This document shows, piece by piece, positions 47,930 through 50,679 of a stretch of DNA of 50,679 nt. The position numbers and the translations under genes were made by a program. How positions within the stretch are numbered: position 1 is the first letter of the stretch; each line of letters opens with the position of its first letter. The notes below the pieces were generated by a model. It did no database searches. It worked only from the letters and a program-made list of their open reading frames with translations, and was not told where the DNA came from. The stretch comes from Vicugna vicugna (lineage: Eukaryota), in assembly GCA_013265495.1 (NCBI GenBank), contig MU058045.1, positions 62,001-112,679 on the forward strand, read 5' to 3'.

Positions 47930-48745
47930 TTTCAAGTATCTGTCTCTTCCTTTCACTCTCTCAAAAGAAAAAATAAATAAATTGCAGAAGGCGGCAGCAT
48001 GTCCAGTCTTCCCCTGGCTCCCGGACACCCGACCCCAACCCTGCCCCCCCACCCTCCCTCCCACATTCCCACTCCCTAGACCCAACCCTCCCCATTCCCC
48101 CCAAAAAAAAAAACCCAGAAAAAAAAAAAGCCACAGTTAGACCTTCCACTCATGCAAACCGGCAAAGAAAAAAGGTGGGGGGCATGTGGAAGGCAGGGGG
48201 CCCACAGTGGAGTCCCCCTACATATCCCCCCAAAACCACCTTTGAGAAGAAAAAAAAGGAAAAAAAATAAATGAGAAATTAAGGGACACAGGGAGTTATG
48301 CTGGGGGCAGGGGTGACCCCAGACCCTGCCTCAGGAGAGCGCGGAGGCCTGTAGCCCTGCATCCCGGCAGCGGGGTGCTCCTTGAGGGGGGCCCTGACTC
48401 CTGGAATGTTGTGGGAGAAGACGGGGGAGGGCAGGTGGCCCCCGGTGGGTCTGTGTGTGCGTTGGGGGCGGGCGGAGCGAGGGCTCCTGAGGAGCAAGGG
48501 CTCCAGATAAGGAGCCCGGCTCCCCCCAAGACCCCAGGTTCCTGGGGTTCAGGAGCCCAGTTCTGGGGCATGGGGATACATGCAGAGGAGTCTCCCCCCT
48601 CCAGTGGGCTGAATCCAGTTAGAAAGGAAATAAATAAGAAGGGGTGGGAGGGAGGCTGGGGGTGCGAAGGGCTTGGGCGATTCAGTCCAGACCAAGGGCC
48701 CGGGCGATGGAGGCAGGGTGAGTCCAGGCCAAGCCAGGGCAGGAA
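47930..48745 (-). other. DLG4: DLG4 proximal 3'UTR with U-rich tracts, ARE-like repeats and a G-quadruplex block
   Basis: Follows the DLG4 stop codon. G-rich block at 48021-48102 and AUUUAUUUA at about 47972-47982. The 3' end is approximate and may extend further. Confidence 0.65.
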
Positions 48746-49042
<297 letters not shown>

Positions 49043-49045
49043 CTA

Positions 49046-49231
<186 letters not shown>

Positions 49232-49661
49232 TTATTTGGAGCACAAAAAAAAATGCAGTTTCCCATATCCTCTGGGGCCACAGATGGTCCCCCTCCCTAC
49301 GACCTACCCCAGTTGGGTGTGGCCACTCCAAGGACCTCTCCAGAGCCTTATCATTCCAGCTGGCAGCCCCGAGCAGGGATTCAGACTCTAACTCCCGACA
49401 GCCCTCGGCCCTGGCCTGCCCCAGCAGGTGTGTGCCCCAGGGGGTGCTGGGGGTTGTAGTCCTTCCTAGCCCAGGGCAGGAGAGGAGGGAAGAGGCCTGG
49501 GAGTCCCTGTCTACTACGGGTTCCCTCTCTCAAGCAGATCCCCTCAGGGGCTGCTGGAGGTGCTGTCCAGGGTTCTGAGGGGAGAGTTCAACGGAGGCCT
49601 TCTGAGGCCCAGGGCCACAGTGTGGGGGAGCAGAGGGGAGGCCCCCTGGGACGATACTCAC

Positions 49662-49771
49662 AGCACATTCTCCAGGGAGCGGGGGCGGATGAAGATGGCG
49701 ATAGGGTGCAGGTGGGCCGCCTGCAGCCGCCGCACGGCATTGGCCGAGACATCGAGGATGCAGTGCTTCCC
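49662..49771 (-). CDS. DLG4: DLG4/PSD-95 110-nt GK-domain exon (third from last; 'exon 18')
   Basis: cag|[36 protein letters not shown](L)|gtgagt. Confidence 0.97.
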
Positions 49772-50679
49772 CTGGGGGCAGGCAGGGTGGGCGGAGGGGC
49801 AGCAGCAGGTGGCGGGAAAGGACAGACAGAGGCGCCAGGACAGGACATAGAACAGAGAAAGGTGGGGAATGGGAGGTTGGCCAAAAGGGAAGTGACAAGG
49901 ATGTCGACAGACACGTGGGCAGAGAGAGTCAAGGCAGGAAGGGGTATGGACAGCGTGAAAGACAGAGAGAAAAAGGAGAGGAGCAGATGGAGAGCAAGGC
50001 AGGGGCCAGCACAGGAGGGAAGGATTGGACGGAATGGAGGGACGGGTGAGAAATAGGCATGGGGGACCCAAAAGACGGGGCAGAGCAAGGCAAGGTGGAG
50101 TTGGAGTCAGACAGGTTGGGCGAGAAAGCAAAGAAATAGAAAAGAAGTAGGATAGAGGGAGGTGGGAGGGGAGGACGGACAGAGGACAGACAGATGGAAG
50201 GAACAAGGAGAGACAGATGGGCGGGAGGAGAGGCAGATGGAGGAAAGAGCCGTGGAGGGAGAGGGCAGGGTGGGGGCAGCAGGGAGATGGAGGTGGCAGA
50301 GGAGTGGGAGATGGGAGTGGAGACCCCAGGAACAGGCAAGGGGAGAGGGGAGAGGGCCAACCCAGAGCCGGCAGAAGGGAGAGACCCAGGTGAGGGAGGT
50401 CAAGCCACCAAGGGCAAGGCCACGGGTAGAGAGGAGAAATGGGGCAAGGCGAAGGTTGGGGGAGGAAAGGGGACAGATGGCAGCCCAGAGTTTGGGGTCA
50501 GGAACCGAGGGAGGGAGGGAGGGAGCAGGGAGGCAGGGTATCGGGGCACAAGAGAGCAGGCAGTCAGACAGAGTTGCCCAAGAGGAGAAGGAGGTGGAGG
50601 AGCAGAGTCGAGACCCAGCAGGGAAAGAGACAGAGAGAGAAAGAGTTAGAGAGAGCTGGAGGAAGGCCGGGGGTGGGGG
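49772..50679 (-). promoter_or_regulatory. Strongly CU-rich DLG4 intron upstream of the 110-nt exon (candidate PTBP-binding silencer region)
   Basis: The plus strand is dominated by G/A (gagaga, gacaga, ggagg), so the transcript is rich in UCUCU/CUCU motifs for about 900 nt. Confidence 0.6.

Noticed and set aside
49772..50649. Long ORFs on both strands in the DLG4 intron
   Set aside because: Caused by extreme purine/pyrimidine strand asymmetry that depletes stop codons. Only 49662-49771 is real coding sequence.

Overview
Mammalian genomic DNA, most likely from a camelid: it carries several tRNA-Ala-derived SINEs that look like the camelid vic-1 family. The gene order matches the human 17p13 block ASGR2-ASGR1-DLG4, with all three genes on the minus strand. 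The window holds the promoter and first coding exon of ASGR2 (about 0.5-1.5 kb) and a ~35 kb repeat-rich intergenic region (L1, L2, MIR, MLT1/ERVL LTRs, a decayed ERVL internal segment, a Tigger2-type element, and a solo ERV LTR just 3' of ASGR1). It also holds the complete ASGR1 gene (8 coding exons, 855 nt, 284 aa) and the last three coding exons plus 3'UTR of DLG4/PSD-95. I found no new protein-coding system. The best observations are regulatory or splicing-related. (i) The ASGR2 upstream splice donor reads AT instead of GT, leaving only a GC donor exactly 57 nt downstream, while ASGR1 keeps the GT donor and an out-of-frame vestige of the GC donor. (ii) ASGR1 and ASGR2 share a ~330-bp paralogous promoter with HNF4/FOXA sites and single-base motif switches. 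(iii) The PSD-95 PTBP/NMD switch exon and the G-quadruplex/miR-125a element are readable directly in the sequence. Repeat family names come from visual recognition only and their boundaries are approximate.
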